A DNA stretch of 31,168 nt from Myxococcota bacterium. Lineage in GTDB: Bacteria; Myxococcota; JACRCW01. The translations under genes and the position numbers were made by a program. The stretch is from positions 1-31,168 of the forward strand of contig JBFMGU010000123.1 in assembly GCA_040752415.1 (NCBI GenBank). Reading direction: 5' to 3'. Below, piece after piece: positions 1 to 9,714 of this stretch. The notes beneath the pieces were generated by a model that saw nothing but the letters and a program-made list of their open reading frames with translations, ran no database searches and had not been told where the DNA came from. Numbering within the stretch: position 1 is the stretch's first letter; each line of letters begins with the position of its first letter.

Positions 1-1
1 G

Positions 2-1075
2 GTCACGGGAGCGGTGGCGTTGCTCTTCGCGGCGTGGCTGCACTTCTTCTGCGCCTCGCTCATCGCCTTTTGCAGCGTGCCGGGTGGTGCGGTGTTGTGC
101 GCGGTGTTCCTCGTCGTGGCGGGGGGGCTGGGGCACCTTCACCGCGTCACGCTCCGGGAACCTTTCCTGGCACTGGGCGCGCTGCTGGCGGCGCTGGCGG
201 CCCTGGCCCTGGCGCCCACGCGCGAGCACCGGGTCATCCTCCTCGTGGTGGGGCCGCTGGCGGTGCTGGGGATGCTCTTGCTGGGCCACCTTGCCGTGCG
301 CGCCGACCTGTTGCGCGCGCAGGTGACGCGGTTGCGGGCGGCCATCCAGGCGCAGGTGCTGCTGGAGCAGGGGCGTGAGGCGGAGCGGCTGACCGGGACG
401 CTGGAAGGCGTGCTGGGGCGGAACCACGACGTCAGCAACATGGTCATGAGCGCGGCACTGAACTCCGAGGCGCTGGTGCGGCTGCTCGCGGCGGAGCCGG
501 GCAAGCAGGACCCCGCCGAGCTGCGGGAGATTGCGCAGGACCTGCTCTCGTCGCTGCGGCGCATCAAGGCGCAGGTGGAGGACGCCAAGCGCGTGGGCCG
601 GGAGCGGGCGCGCGCGGTGTTGCATGACGTGGTGGTGGCGCCCGTGGCGGAGGAGGTGCGGGAGCAGCTGGGCGCGCAGCACCCGCGGGTGGACATCATG
701 CTGCGGGGCGAGGACGACGTGGTGGCGTGCGTGGCGGGTGGCGAGGAGGCGCTGCGGGGCCTGCTGGAGGAACTGGTGCGCAACGCGTGTGAGGGCGCCG
801 GCGGCTTCGTGGCCACCAGCGTGGAGGTGTCCTGGCATGCCCAGCCGCCCGCCGCGGTGAAGATCCTGGTGCGCGACAACGGCCCCGGCTTCCGCCCCGA
901 GGAGCTGGAGGGCGTGATCACCCCGCTGGAGACCACCAAGCCCGGCGCCCTGGGATTGGGCCTCTACACGGCGGAGAAGCGCGTCCGCGCCAGCGGGGGA
1001 TTGCTCGTCCGTCGCAATGTTCCCGAGGGAGGAGCGCTGGTGGAGGTGGTGCTGCCGCGCGGTCAGCAGGCCTGA
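2..1075 (+). CDS. Membrane sensor histidine kinase (5'-partial; frame open from window start)
   Basis: Hydrophobic N-terminal helices; H-box-like NHDVSN, N-box LEELVRNACEG, G1 VRDNGPGF, G2 GALGLGL of an HATPase_c domain. Confidence 0.88.
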   Translation, partial: VTGAVALLFAAWLHFFCASLIAFCSVPGGAVLCAVFLVVAGGLGHLHRVTLREPFLALGALLAALAALALAPTREHRVILLVVGPLAVLGMLLLGHLAVRADLLRAQVTRLRAAIQAQVLLEQGREAERLTGTLEGVLGRNHDVSNMVMSAALNSEALVRLLAAEPGKQDPAELREIAQDLLSSLRRIKAQVEDAKRVGRERARAVLHDVVVAPVAEEVREQLGAQHPRVDIMLRGEDDVVACVAGGEEALRGLLEELVRNACEGAGGFVATSVEVSWHAQPPAAVKILVRDNGPGFRPEELEGVITPLETTKPGALGLGLYTAEKRVRASGGLLVRRNVPEGGALVEVVLPRGQQA

Positions 1076-1099
1076 GAGACGACGTGGGTAGGGAGCGCT

Positions 1100-2335
1100 T
1101 CAGCGGCCAAACGCGCCGGGCGCGAACATCATCGGCCCCCGCTCCCGCTCGAAGGAGACCTGGAACCCGAAGCGGAACGTGAACACGTCCTTCCCCTCGA
1201 AGAGACCCTCGGGGGGGTTGGGGAAGGGGCCGGCGGCGCGCGCGGCGCGGACCGCTTCCTCGTCGAGGTCTGGTAGCCCGCAGTAGCGCTCCACCACCAC
1301 GCGCACCACGCGGCCCTGGCGGTCCAGGGTCAGCTCCACCGTGGTGGTGCGCTTGTGCGCGCGTTGCAGGCGCGGGTCGTCGCGCTGGCTGCGCAGGGCG
1401 TCGTTGGGGCGCCAGTGACGACGGATGGCGTCGGAGACGCGGTTGAAGAACGCCGCGTACTTCCACTGCTTGGAGTTGAGCAGCGTGCCGGCGCCTTCCG
1501 GGATCTCGTCGAGCGCGTCATTGGCGGGAGCGCCGCCGGCAATGCGCGAGGCCGCGCTGGGAGATAGCGAGAGCTCCACCGGCCCCGAGGGTCCCGCGCC
1601 TTCCCCTTCGCCGCCGGTGCCCTCCGCGCCCTCGTCGTCGGGCAGTTCGCCGCCGGCCTGCTCCTCCTCGTCGGCGCCCATGGCTCCCGCCACCGTTCCG
1701 CGCTGCCCGCGCTCCGCCGCACGCCACATCTCCATGAGCCCACCGCCCGCGTATTGCTCCTCGGTGGTGCCCAGCCGGTTGAGACGCAGTGCCAGCTGCG
1801 AGGCAGCCGTGGTGCCGCTGCGTCCCCCCTCCGGTGCGCTCTCCTCGGACGGGACCTCCTGCTTCTCCGCGGGTGCGTTCTCCTCGTCGACAAACTCCTC
1901 CGCGGGCGGCGCCTTGTTGGACGTCTTCCGGGCGCGGGTCTCCTGCTGGACCTTGCGGTCGAACTCGCTGAGGTAGCGCGCCTCGTCGGGCTTCTGGGCC
2001 ACCTTGGGTGGCGGGAGGCGCACCACCTGGCCGTCGGGGCGGGGATCCTCGCGCTTCTCTTCGACGGGTGGCGGGCGCGGGGCCCGGCTGGACGGGGCGT
2101 GTGGCGTGTTGGGATCCGCGACGGTGGAGGTGGCGGGTTGGGGCGGGATCTTCTGGAACGTGATGGTGATGGGCTCCCGACGGGGCGGCGGAGGCGGCGG
2201 AGCCACGGGGAGACGTTGCACCGCGTTCACCAGCAAGAGGTGCAGGGCCACGGACGCGCCGAGCGCCACCCACAGACTGGGGCGCGGACCACGTCGTCTT
2301 CCCGGGTGCTCCTGCACATCCATCCCACGACCCAT
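1100..2335 (-). CDS. Energy transducer TonB-family protein
   Basis: N-terminal anchor LWVALGASVALHLLLV (SxxxH), Pro-rich then acidic linker, TonB-C-like end (AIRRHW...ELTLDRQGRV...LDEEAVRAARAAGPFPNPP). Start reset to ATG 2335 (alternative 2323); the longer ORF-track start overlaps the divergent gene. Confidence 0.85.
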   Translation of the reverse strand: MGRGMDVQEHPGRRRGPRPSLWVALGASVALHLLLVNAVQRLPVAPPPPPPRREPITITFQKIPPQPATSTVADPNTPHAPSSRAPRPPPVEEKREDPRPDGQVVRLPPPKVAQKPDEARYLSEFDRKVQQETRARKTSNKAPPAEEFVDEENAPAEKQEVPSEESAPEGGRSGTTAASQLALRLNRLGTTEEQYAGGGLMEMWRAAERGQRGTVAGAMGADEEEQAGGELPDDEGAEGTGGEGEGAGPSGPVELSLSPSAASRIAGGAPANDALDEIPEGAGTLLNSKQWKYAAFFNRVSDAIRRHWRPNDALRSQRDDPRLQRAHKRTTTVELTLDRQGRVVRVVVERYCGLPDLDEEAVRAARAAGPFPNPPEGLFEGKDVFTFRFGFQVSFERERGPMMFAPGAFGR

Positions 2336-2385
2336 GTTCCCGCCCCCCTCGCTCGAGGGGAGCCGGGTTGTTCTACACCGGGACG

Positions 2386-2394
2386 TGCTAGCGT
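2386..2394 (+). promoter_or_regulatory. Putative extended -10 element (TGcTAGCGT) for a leaderless transcript
   Basis: TGnTAnnnT lies exactly 6 nt before ATG 2401, with no Shine-Dalgarno between. Confidence 0.45.
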
Positions 2395-2400
2395 TCCGGC

Positions 2401-3732
2401 ATGCGCTTGGCGTCCACCACCGCGGCGGCCATCCTGACGATGGCGTGGGCAGCCTGCAGCCCTGCCACCAGCGGCACCTCCACCTCCACCAGCTCCGCCT
2501 CCTCCACCAGCTCCGGTGGCAGCACCACCTCCTCCGACAGCGGCAGCACGTCGGTGTCCACGTCCACGTCGGGGGCGAGCACGTCCAGCACCAGCTCCAC
2601 CAGCGCAACCTCGTCCACCAGCGTCAACACCACCAGCACCTCCAGCACGTCGAGCACCAGCGCTTCCAACTCCAGCGGCGGCACCACCGTCGAGGAGCAG
2701 CTGGAGGCCATGCTGGTGGTGGGCCTCAACGGGTACGCCATGCGCGAGGAGGACGAGAACCCGGCCATCTTCTTCAGCGGCACCGGCTACCCCAACGGCC
2801 TGGAGGACCCGGAAGTTGCCCGCGAGGATCCGGTGGCGCCGGAGTCCGCGGGGCACAGCGTCGACGCGGGCGCGGAAGCGGTGGCCGCCGCGGAGGCCCA
2901 GACCGGCGCCGACGCACCACGCACCTTCCACCTGCTGACGGCGTGGGGCCGGTTCGCGCGCGCGGTGGACGCCGGACCGGGCGTGCCGATCACCAGCGCG
3001 GTGACGACGGACACGGGCGCGTTGGTGGTGACCCGGCTGCTCACATTGGATTCCGAGGCCAGCGTGGGCATCACCCGCGGGACCGACCCGCTGCGTGCGC
3101 TCGAGGTCGACGTGGATGCGCCGGGCGGCCTGGGCGGCGCGTTCCTGCGCGTGGTGCTGCACCCGGACCTGCACACCGGCAGCGGGGACGCGCGCGAGGG
3201 CGTGCTGAGCCTCTCCAGCGACGTCAACGGCACGCCTGACGACGTGGAGCTCCCGTTGAACGCGAGCGCGCTGCTGGTGGATCACCTGGGTGCGCCGGTG
3301 GCGGACCGGAGCGTGATGGTGCGCGGGTTCCAGCAGCGCGGCGACGACGCGGATTGTGTGCAGGGCTTCATGGTGGGGCACTGGGGCGTGCGGGCCATCT
3401 CCAGCGACGGGCGGCGCCTGGGTCGTTTCGTGGGGCGCTACCTGGCGGCGGATGGCACGCGGCTGGGTCTGGTGCGCGGCATCTGGGGTGAGATGCGGGA
3501 TGGCAGCCGGCCGTTCTACGCCAAGGTGGTGGCGCCCGACGGGATGTACCTGGCGCTGATGGCGGGCACGTTCGACAACGCGGGATTCACCGGGCAGCTC
3601 CACCGCACGCGCACCACGGTGATGGGAGCGGTGGCGGGTCGACGCGCGTTCACGGCGGAGGCGGGAGAGAACCTGGGTCGCTTCGTGGGCCGCTGGAGCC
3701 AGCTCTGCGGCGAGGTGACGGGCGAGCAGTGA
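2401..3732 (+). CDS. Putative lipoprotein with long Ser/Thr-rich linker and Gly/aromatic beta-rich C-terminus
   Basis: Lipobox-like AWAAC; about 70-aa S/T tract; repeated GxF/WxG motifs (GRFVGRY, RGIWG, GRFVGRW). Confidence 0.8.
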   Translation: MRLASTTAAAILTMAWAACSPATSGTSTSTSSASSTSSGGSTTSSDSGSTSVSTSTSGASTSSTSSTSATSSTSVNTTSTSSTSSTSASNSSGGTTVEEQLEAMLVVGLNGYAMREEDENPAIFFSGTGYPNGLEDPEVAREDPVAPESAGHSVDAGAEAVAAAEAQTGADAPRTFHLLTAWGRFARAVDAGPGVPITSAVTTDTGALVVTRLLTLDSEASVGITRGTDPLRALEVDVDAPGGLGGAFLRVVLHPDLHTGSGDAREGVLSLSSDVNGTPDDVELPLNASALLVDHLGAPVADRSVMVRGFQQRGDDADCVQGFMVGHWGVRAISSDGRRLGRFVGRYLAADGTRLGLVRGIWGEMRDGSRPFYAKVVAPDGMYLALMAGTFDNAGFTGQLHRTRTTVMGAVAGRRAFTAEAGENLGRFVGRWSQLCGEVTGEQ

Positions 3733-5234
3733 CGACGGAGCGGCAGTGGGGCACGGTGGTCTACCTGCTGTGCTGCATCCTCTACGCGGGGCCGCTCCTC
3801 TCCGAGGCGTACCTGCCACTGGTGGACCTGCCGCAGCACATGCACCTGGTGCAGGTGAAGCGCGACATGCTGCTGGGCGGCGGCACCGTGGGGCACTTCC
3901 GCCTGGCCGAGCCGCTTGCTCCCTACTGGGTGTTCTACGCGCTGGCCACGCTGCTCTCGCTCGTCGTGGGCGCGGAGTGGGCGGTGCGCCTGCTCTTGGC
4001 GCTGGCCCTGGCGTTGACCCCGCTGGCGGTCCGGCACCTCGCGCGCACCTGGGACCGGGAGACCGCGTTCACGTTGCTGGCCTTTCCGCTCGCGTGCTCG
4101 TTCTCGTTCTGGATGGGCTTTGCCAGCTTCGTGTTCGCGGTGCCGTTGGGACTGCTGCTGGTGGCCGAGATGTCCCGCTGCGTGATGGATCCCGCGCGCT
4201 CCCGGCGGAATCTCACGTTGCTGGGCATGGTGCTCTACTTCACGCACGTGCAGGTGCTGGCGCTGGCGGGCCTGTGGTGCGTGGTGGTGACCGCGCCGTG
4301 CTGGCTCTCTCGACGACGTGATGTGCTGCACGCGTGCCTGGCGCTGGTCCCCGCTGGAGTCCTGCTGGTGGGGTGGCTCTTCCACGCGCAGCAGTACGCG
4401 CCGCCGGGCTCTCCGGTGGATCACGTGCCGCCGGCGGAAGCGCTCTCGCAGTTCTGGCGCAATGCCATGGGAGTCAGCGTCCACAACGCATTTGTCGACG
4501 GGACCGACGGCTGGTCCATGGCGGCGGTGGCGGCGCTGTTGCTCTTGGCCTTCGCGTACCGGCCGGAGACGCGTCGCGCACCGTCGGTTCCCTTCGCCGC
4601 GTTGGCCGCGGTGGTGGCCACGTTGGTGGTGTACCTGGTTTCTCCGTCGGGGACGCGGTGGCAGCACCTCATCAGTCAACGCTACGTGGGGCCCATGCTG
4701 CTGTTGGCGCTGGCCGCGGTGCCGGCGTGGACGGTGCGGCACCGGACGGCGCAGGTGCTGTGTGCCGTCGTGGCGGTGGCCACGGGGATCAATTTCGCGG
4801 TGCACCTCAAGCGGTTCAGCGCGCAGGTGGGACCGTTTGACGAGGCCATCCAGCACGTGAAGCCGGGCACGCGCACCGTGGCGTTGATGCTGGACAACAC
4901 CAGCCCCGTCATCCACGGCTACCCGCTGCTGCACTACGGGGTGCTGATGGCGGCGCGTCGGGACACGGTCCCGGCGAACGGCTTCGGGCGTTTTCCGCAG
5001 GTGCCGGTGCAGCTGGTGGACCGCAGCGAGGTGCCCGCGCCGTCGGAGTTCGAGCCGCAGGATTGGGACGCGGATGCCATGCTGGTGGCCTATGACCACG
5101 TCCTCATCCGCAACCGGCCCGGCGAGCGGTTCGACGCGCTGGGGGCGCACGCCGCGGAATGGACCACGTCCTTTGACCGGGATGGCTGGGTGTTGCACAC
5201 GCGCGTCTCGAGGTGGAAACGCCCGCAGCCGTGA
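3729..5234 (+). CDS. Polytopic membrane protein, possible GT-C-type glycosyltransferase
   Basis: About 10-11 hydrophobic segments, first-loop DLPQH motif and a soluble C-terminal domain; GTGA overlap with the upstream stop suggests translational coupling. Confidence 0.7.
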   Translation: MTTERQWGTVVYLLCCILYAGPLLSEAYLPLVDLPQHMHLVQVKRDMLLGGGTVGHFRLAEPLAPYWVFYALATLLSLVVGAEWAVRLLLALALALTPLAVRHLARTWDRETAFTLLAFPLACSFSFWMGFASFVFAVPLGLLLVAEMSRCVMDPARSRRNLTLLGMVLYFTHVQVLALAGLWCVVVTAPCWLSRRRDVLHACLALVPAGVLLVGWLFHAQQYAPPGSPVDHVPPAEALSQFWRNAMGVSVHNAFVDGTDGWSMAAVAALLLLAFAYRPETRRAPSVPFAALAAVVATLVVYLVSPSGTRWQHLISQRYVGPMLLLALAAVPAWTVRHRTAQVLCAVVAVATGINFAVHLKRFSAQVGPFDEAIQHVKPGTRTVALMLDNTSPVIHGYPLLHYGVLMAARRDTVPANGFGRFPQVPVQLVDRSEVPAPSEFEPQDWDADAMLVAYDHVLIRNRPGERFDALGAHAAEWTTSFDRDGWVLHTRVSRWKRPQP

Positions 5235-7252
5235 TCATGGCGCGGTCATCAGCCGCTGCAGCGCCGCCTCCACGCGTGGTGAAGCCTCCGGTCCCACGCT
5301 GTTGGTCTCCTCGTAGTGATCCCACGCGTGACACAGGTACGGTGCGCGCTCACTGACCTGCCACTGCCACGACGGAACCAGGTACCCCACTTCGTCATTG
5401 GCCAGGCTGAGCACCATGTTCACCACGCCGCCCATGCGCTCCTTCAGCGCGGTTGGCGGCGCATCCTCCAGCCGCGGCGCGCGACACAGCCGACACGTCT
5501 CACAATCACAATCCGCGTATCCGCCCGGCGGTGGCGTCTCCGGACAGGGGACGGCGGGCTGGCTGGAGGTGCAGCTGTCCTGCGCGGGGCAGTGGTCGTC
5601 GGGGACGGGTTGCAGGCCCAGGCCGCGCGCGGGTCCACGCCCACGGCGGATTCCGGGAACATCTCGCCGGGCACACCCGCCATGCGCCACGGACCGAGCG
5701 CGAGGAAGAACACCTCGGTGCGGATGCTGGCGGTGATTCCGCCCAGGCCCAGTTGCGAGGAGTCCACGACCTGCCCGGTGGCCTCGTCGAAAGCCTCACG
5801 GTCGAAGATGCCGAGGCGGAAGGCGCTGGTGAAGATGGGATTGTCGACGGGAATGAAGAGTTCCTCGGAGCGGATGGCCAGCGCCGCGCGGGTCACCGTC
5901 TGGAGCGGTTGTCCCTGCATCACCTCGAGCACCTTGTCGGCGAGCAGCTCACCGTAGTCGCGGGTGCGGGCGTGGGTGCGGGAGCTGTCGGGACGTGGGG
6001 TTCCGTCGCGGGCCACGAAGTCCACGTGCAGCGGAGCCATCAGTCCGCCCACGGTGCCGTTGAGGAAGATGGTCATGCCGCCGCGACCCGGGAACGCGGG
6101 CCGCAGCGTGGTGGCCGGGAGCCCGCCCTCGACGGCGTCACGCAGCGGTGAAACGAAGTCGCTGGACAAGAGGTTGTTGCGGTCGCCTAGCACCTCCGGG
6201 TGATTCCCCCAGTTGACGACGGTGAAGATGGTGGTCCCGTCCCGCGCGCGCGCCTCCACGACGTTCACCGAGTCGTCGAAGATGAAGGGCACCCGTCCGT
6301 CGTGGAGGAAGCCCTCGCGGCCGGTGGTGGTGTGGAACAGGTGCAGCTCCGCGGGCGCCAGGGCGTCCACCGCGGCCGCGGCAGCGTCGACGATCTGCGC
6401 GACCACGAAGGCGTTGTGACCCGGCAGTCGGCCCGGCGTGGAAGGGACCGGATCGGCGCGGCCCCATTGGCCAATGGTGTCGACGCTCTCATGCGTGTGG
6501 CTGCCGGCCACGGCGAGGTAGTCCACGTGCAGGTCGGGGCGCTTGACGGGCAGCAGCGCGCGCGCCCGCTCCACCTCGTTGTGGAAGAGGCCCACCACGT
6601 CCAGGCTGCACACCACGGCGGTGGTGCCCTCCACGCGCAGGGCCAGGCAGCGCACGTCAATGTCGTCGTGGATGCCGAGCGCGGGGCGGTTGTTGCCGTA
6701 TCCTGCGATCCACGCGGCCTGGAATGCCTCGTCGCCCTCGGTGCCGTCCGAGTCGGGGCCGGGATACGTGCCGTCGTCGGTGGCGCCGTCGCCGTCATCG
6801 TCCATGCCGTTGGTCGCTTCGTCCGCAGGCGTGGTCGGGTCGTCGAGCTCCGGCGTGTTGCCCGGGCAGAGACGGTCGGTCCCGCAGTCCAGGAAGAAGT
6901 CGTGCTTGCCGTCCCGCTCGGTGCCATCGACGTCGGGGGCCAGGTGGCGTGCGTCGCCGGGGCAGATGCCGTCCCGGCCGCAGTCATCCAGCACCGTGGG
7001 GAAGGTGCCGCAGCGGGGCCAGCTTTCCGTGAGCTGGACGGGGTCGCAGTCCTCCGCGGTGAGGTAGCGCGGATTGGGAATCTCGAAGCCACGCGGTGCC
7101 ACGCTGCGACGGGCCGCACCGGCGAGGATCGCTCCCTCCACGCTCACACTTCCGCTGCTGCCGGAGCCTCCGTCGGGACGGGGGGAGGGCGGACCGCAGG
7201 GCCCACAACCGCCGACGAGAAACGCGGACACCAGGACCACGCCACCACGCAT
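5235..7252 (-). pseudogene. Neutral/alkaline ceramidase-like lipoprotein, split by a frameshift near 5632 (true pseudogene or sequencing error)
   Basis: Lipobox LVGGC; motifs GIHDD, SHTHES, NWGNHPE, SSDF, PGEMFPE lie in ORF 5444..7261, while the family-like C-terminus LANDEVGYLVP...HYEETNSVG lies in another frame (ORF 5235..5690). ATG 7252 follows GGAG; alternative GTG 7261. Confidence 0.8.
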
Positions 7253-7257
7253 CTCTG

Positions 7258-8370
7258 TCACTCCTGGTGCACGCGCCCCAGGCCGCTCACGTCTTTGCGC
7301 ACGGTCTGCGGATTCCCCACGTAGCTCACGTTGCCCATGCCGGAGATGGAAGCATCCAGCAGCTCCGTGGGCGCCACGCTGGCGTTGCCCGCGCCGTTCA
7401 CCTGCACGAAAGCCCGACGCACCGGCAGCGCCTTGGCATCCAGCGACCCCGCCCCGGAGAGCGAAGCGCGCAGCTCCTCCGCCGTGCCGCGCAGCCTGGC
7501 GTTGCCCGCCCCGGCGATCTCCACCGTCAGCGTGCGGACGTTGGCCTCGACGTCGATGGAGCCGGCGCCGCCGATGCGGACGCGCAGCGTCTCCCCGGAA
7601 ATTCCACTCAGCGTGAGCTCACCCACGCCGGCAATCTCCGCATCCTCGACGAGCGGAGCGGTCACCTCCACGTGGGGCGCGGTGCGGAACCGGAACCGGC
7701 CGCCGGTGGAGATCACGAGCGTGTCACCTTCCACGCGGGTGGTGACGTTGGGGAGGTGCCGTTCCTCCGCCGTGACGCGCACGCCGGTGGTTGCTCCCTG
7801 GGTCACGGTGACATGCACCGCGCCCTCGGTCCGGATGCGCGTGAACGACGTCACCGCGCGCTCCTCCGTGCGCATCGGACCGGCCGGCGGCGGCTCCTCG
7901 TCGTCGTCACGGAAGACGGTCGGGAGCTGGCTGAGCACCATCACCGCGCCCACCACCACCGCGGCGTGGCCGCCGAGCAGCAGGAACGAGGTGGGAACCA
8001 ACGAGAGCGCGGTGAGCGCGAAGGCGCCTTCCAGGTGGTAGCCCAGCACGTCGAACGCGGGTTGTCCGCGCGCGCGCTCCGCGCCGGCGATGAGACGCAC
8101 CCCGGTGCCGGAGAGCTCGTGGCGCGGGGAGCTCAGCGCACCGACGAGGATGGCGGCACCCGGCAGCACCACGCCGGGAAGCGCCATGACGAGACCGGTG
8201 GCCGCCAGCGCCAGCCCCGCCCGCGTCTGCGTGCTCGAGGCAAACGCGATCCACCGCTCCACCATCGGGTCCAGCTCCTCGTCGACATCCTCGGTGGACA
8301 TGGGCTGCGCCCGCGCCACCGACGCCTGGAAGAGGACCCCGATCATCACGCTGAGCAACCACCGACGCAT
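7258..8370 (-). CDS. DUF2807/GIN-domain (putative adhesin head, beta-solenoid) protein with hydrophobic N-terminal region
   Basis: Repeats IAGVG, IGGAG, IAGAG, LSGAG, VNGAG, ISGMG ending in VSYVGNPQ...VSGLGRV; ATG 8370 follows GGAGG and begins a signal peptide (ARA-Q). Confidence 0.85.
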   Translation of the reverse strand: MRRWLLSVMIGVLFQASVARAQPMSTEDVDEELDPMVERWIAFASSTQTRAGLALAATGLVMALPGVVLPGAAILVGALSSPRHELSGTGVRLIAGAERARGQPAFDVLGYHLEGAFALTALSLVPTSFLLLGGHAAVVVGAVMVLSQLPTVFRDDDEEPPPAGPMRTEERAVTSFTRIRTEGAVHVTVTQGATTGVRVTAEERHLPNVTTRVEGDTLVISTGGRFRFRTAPHVEVTAPLVEDAEIAGVGELTLSGISGETLRVRIGGAGSIDVEANVRTLTVEIAGAGNARLRGTAEELRASLSGAGSLDAKALPVRRAFVQVNGAGNASVAPTELLDASISGMGNVSYVGNPQTVRKDVSGLGRVHQE

Positions 8371-8570
8371 GCTGCCTCCACACTGACGGCTCGCAGCGGA
8401 GTCCAGCGACGGCACCGGCGTCAACCAGCGGGCCGTCTTGAGCGGAGTGTCGAGGGACGTCGGTCAGTTGTCCGGGTCCACGCAACTCCGCCGATCAACC
8501 TACGCCCGCGCACGCACCGGTGGGCACGTGGGACCGAGAACGACATCGAACTCCAACGGAGAGAGCTTCC

Positions 8571-9665
8571 ATGGCACTCAGTCCCCTTCGTGATGTGGCC
8601 CAGTCCTACGGCATGAACCTGCTGGAGATGCTGGCCCAGGGCATCACCCCCGGCGTCGACAATCCCAAGCAGAACCAGCCCGAGCCCGAAGCCCCCGCGC
8701 CCCAGGCCGCTCCGCCGCAGATGCGACAACCGGCGGATACCGGCACGCAGGCGGGCGCCCGGCAGATGGCGCGTGGTCAGGGAACGGGTCTCGAGCAGCG
8801 GATGCGCAACAGCTATACGCCGGCGCCGTCCCTGGAGGCCGTGAGGGAGGGGCGCGCTTCCCTCTCTCGCGGCGTGCAGGGAGACTCCGTCCGCCACCTG
8901 CAGGAGCAGCTCAACCGGTCCGGCGCCCAGCTTGACGTCGACGGGAAGTTCGGTCCCAAGACCGAGGCCGCGCTGCGCCAGTTCCAGCAGGGCCAGGGCC
9001 AGGACCCCAGCGGCCGCGCCGACGCCAACACGCTGAGCTCGTTGCAGAGCGCCTCTCCGCAGTCCACGCCTCCGTCGAGCCGTGCCCCCAGCCGGACGCA
9101 GCAGCGCCAGCCCCAGCGCCCCGCCGCGCAGCGTCCCGCCCGCAACCAGCCGCGCCAGCCCACGCGCACCGGGGAGACGCCGCGCAACAACCCGCGCCAG
9201 CCCGCGCAGACCGGTGAGACGACGCGCACCAATCCCACGTCGACGCGCGGCAATCCCCCCAACGGCACCGCCACGTTTGACCGCGTGAGTCGCGCGGGCC
9301 AGCGGAACCAGATGGTGGAGGGCCGCATCACCGTCAACGGGCGCACCTACAACTTCCGCAGCGGCGGGCACGGTCGCGGCAACCTGCCGCCGGGGCAGTA
9401 CACGGTGACGCGTCACATGGACCAGCGCAGCGACCGCAGCATGAACGTGGGTGGCGTGGGGTACTCGTTCGCGCTCAATGACAAGTACGACCCGCGCGTG
9501 GGCGCCAACCGCTCCCTGCTGCGCATCCACCCCGACGGCGGCACGCCGGGCACCATGGGCTGCATCGGCATCGTGGGTGACGCGGCCACGCAGCGTCGGT
9601 TCCGTGAGGACATGCTGGCGGAGCTGCGTCGCAACGGCGGTCGCTTCACGCTGACGGTGCGCTGA
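8571..9665 (+). CDS. Peptidoglycan-binding domain plus C-terminal Tlde1/DUF2778-like L,D-transpeptidase-fold domain
   Basis: PG_binding_1-like LSRGVQGDSVRHLQEQL...VDGKFGPKTEAALRQFQ; C-terminal GNLPPGQY and RIHPDGGTPGTMGCIG (His...GC). ATG 8571 follows GGAGAG; alternative GTG 8520. Confidence 0.8.
   Translation: MALSPLRDVAQSYGMNLLEMLAQGITPGVDNPKQNQPEPEAPAPQAAPPQMRQPADTGTQAGARQMARGQGTGLEQRMRNSYTPAPSLEAVREGRASLSRGVQGDSVRHLQEQLNRSGAQLDVDGKFGPKTEAALRQFQQGQGQDPSGRADANTLSSLQSASPQSTPPSSRAPSRTQQRQPQRPAAQRPARNQPRQPTRTGETPRNNPRQPAQTGETTRTNPTSTRGNPPNGTATFDRVSRAGQRNQMVEGRITVNGRTYNFRSGGHGRGNLPPGQYTVTRHMDQRSDRSMNVGGVGYSFALNDKYDPRVGANRSLLRIHPDGGTPGTMGCIGIVGDAATQRRFREDMLAELRRNGGRFTLTVR
9141..9224 (+). repeat. 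Intragenic 42-bp tandem duplication (RNQPRQPTRTGETP / RNNPRQPAQTGETT)
   Basis: Two imperfect 42-bp units at 9141-9182 and 9183-9224. Confidence 0.75.
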
Positions 9666-9714
9666 GCTCAGCAGGTCCTCCCACCCGCGCGGTGAGTTGG
9701 GAACTGAGCCAGAA

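Noticed and set aside
2345..2360. Short palindrome CCCCTCG-CT-CGAGGGG between divergent genes
   Set aside because: Too short and GC-rich to distinguish from chance; possible operator but unsupported.
2455..2690. (A/T)CCA(C/G)C-type periodic sequence, also at about 20035-20300
   Set aside because: Explained by Ser/Thr codon runs in protein linkers; no repeat-spacer structure.
8490..8498. GCCGATCAA resembling a sigma-28 -10 box upstream of the Tlde1-like gene
   Set aside because: No -35 element at the expected spacing.
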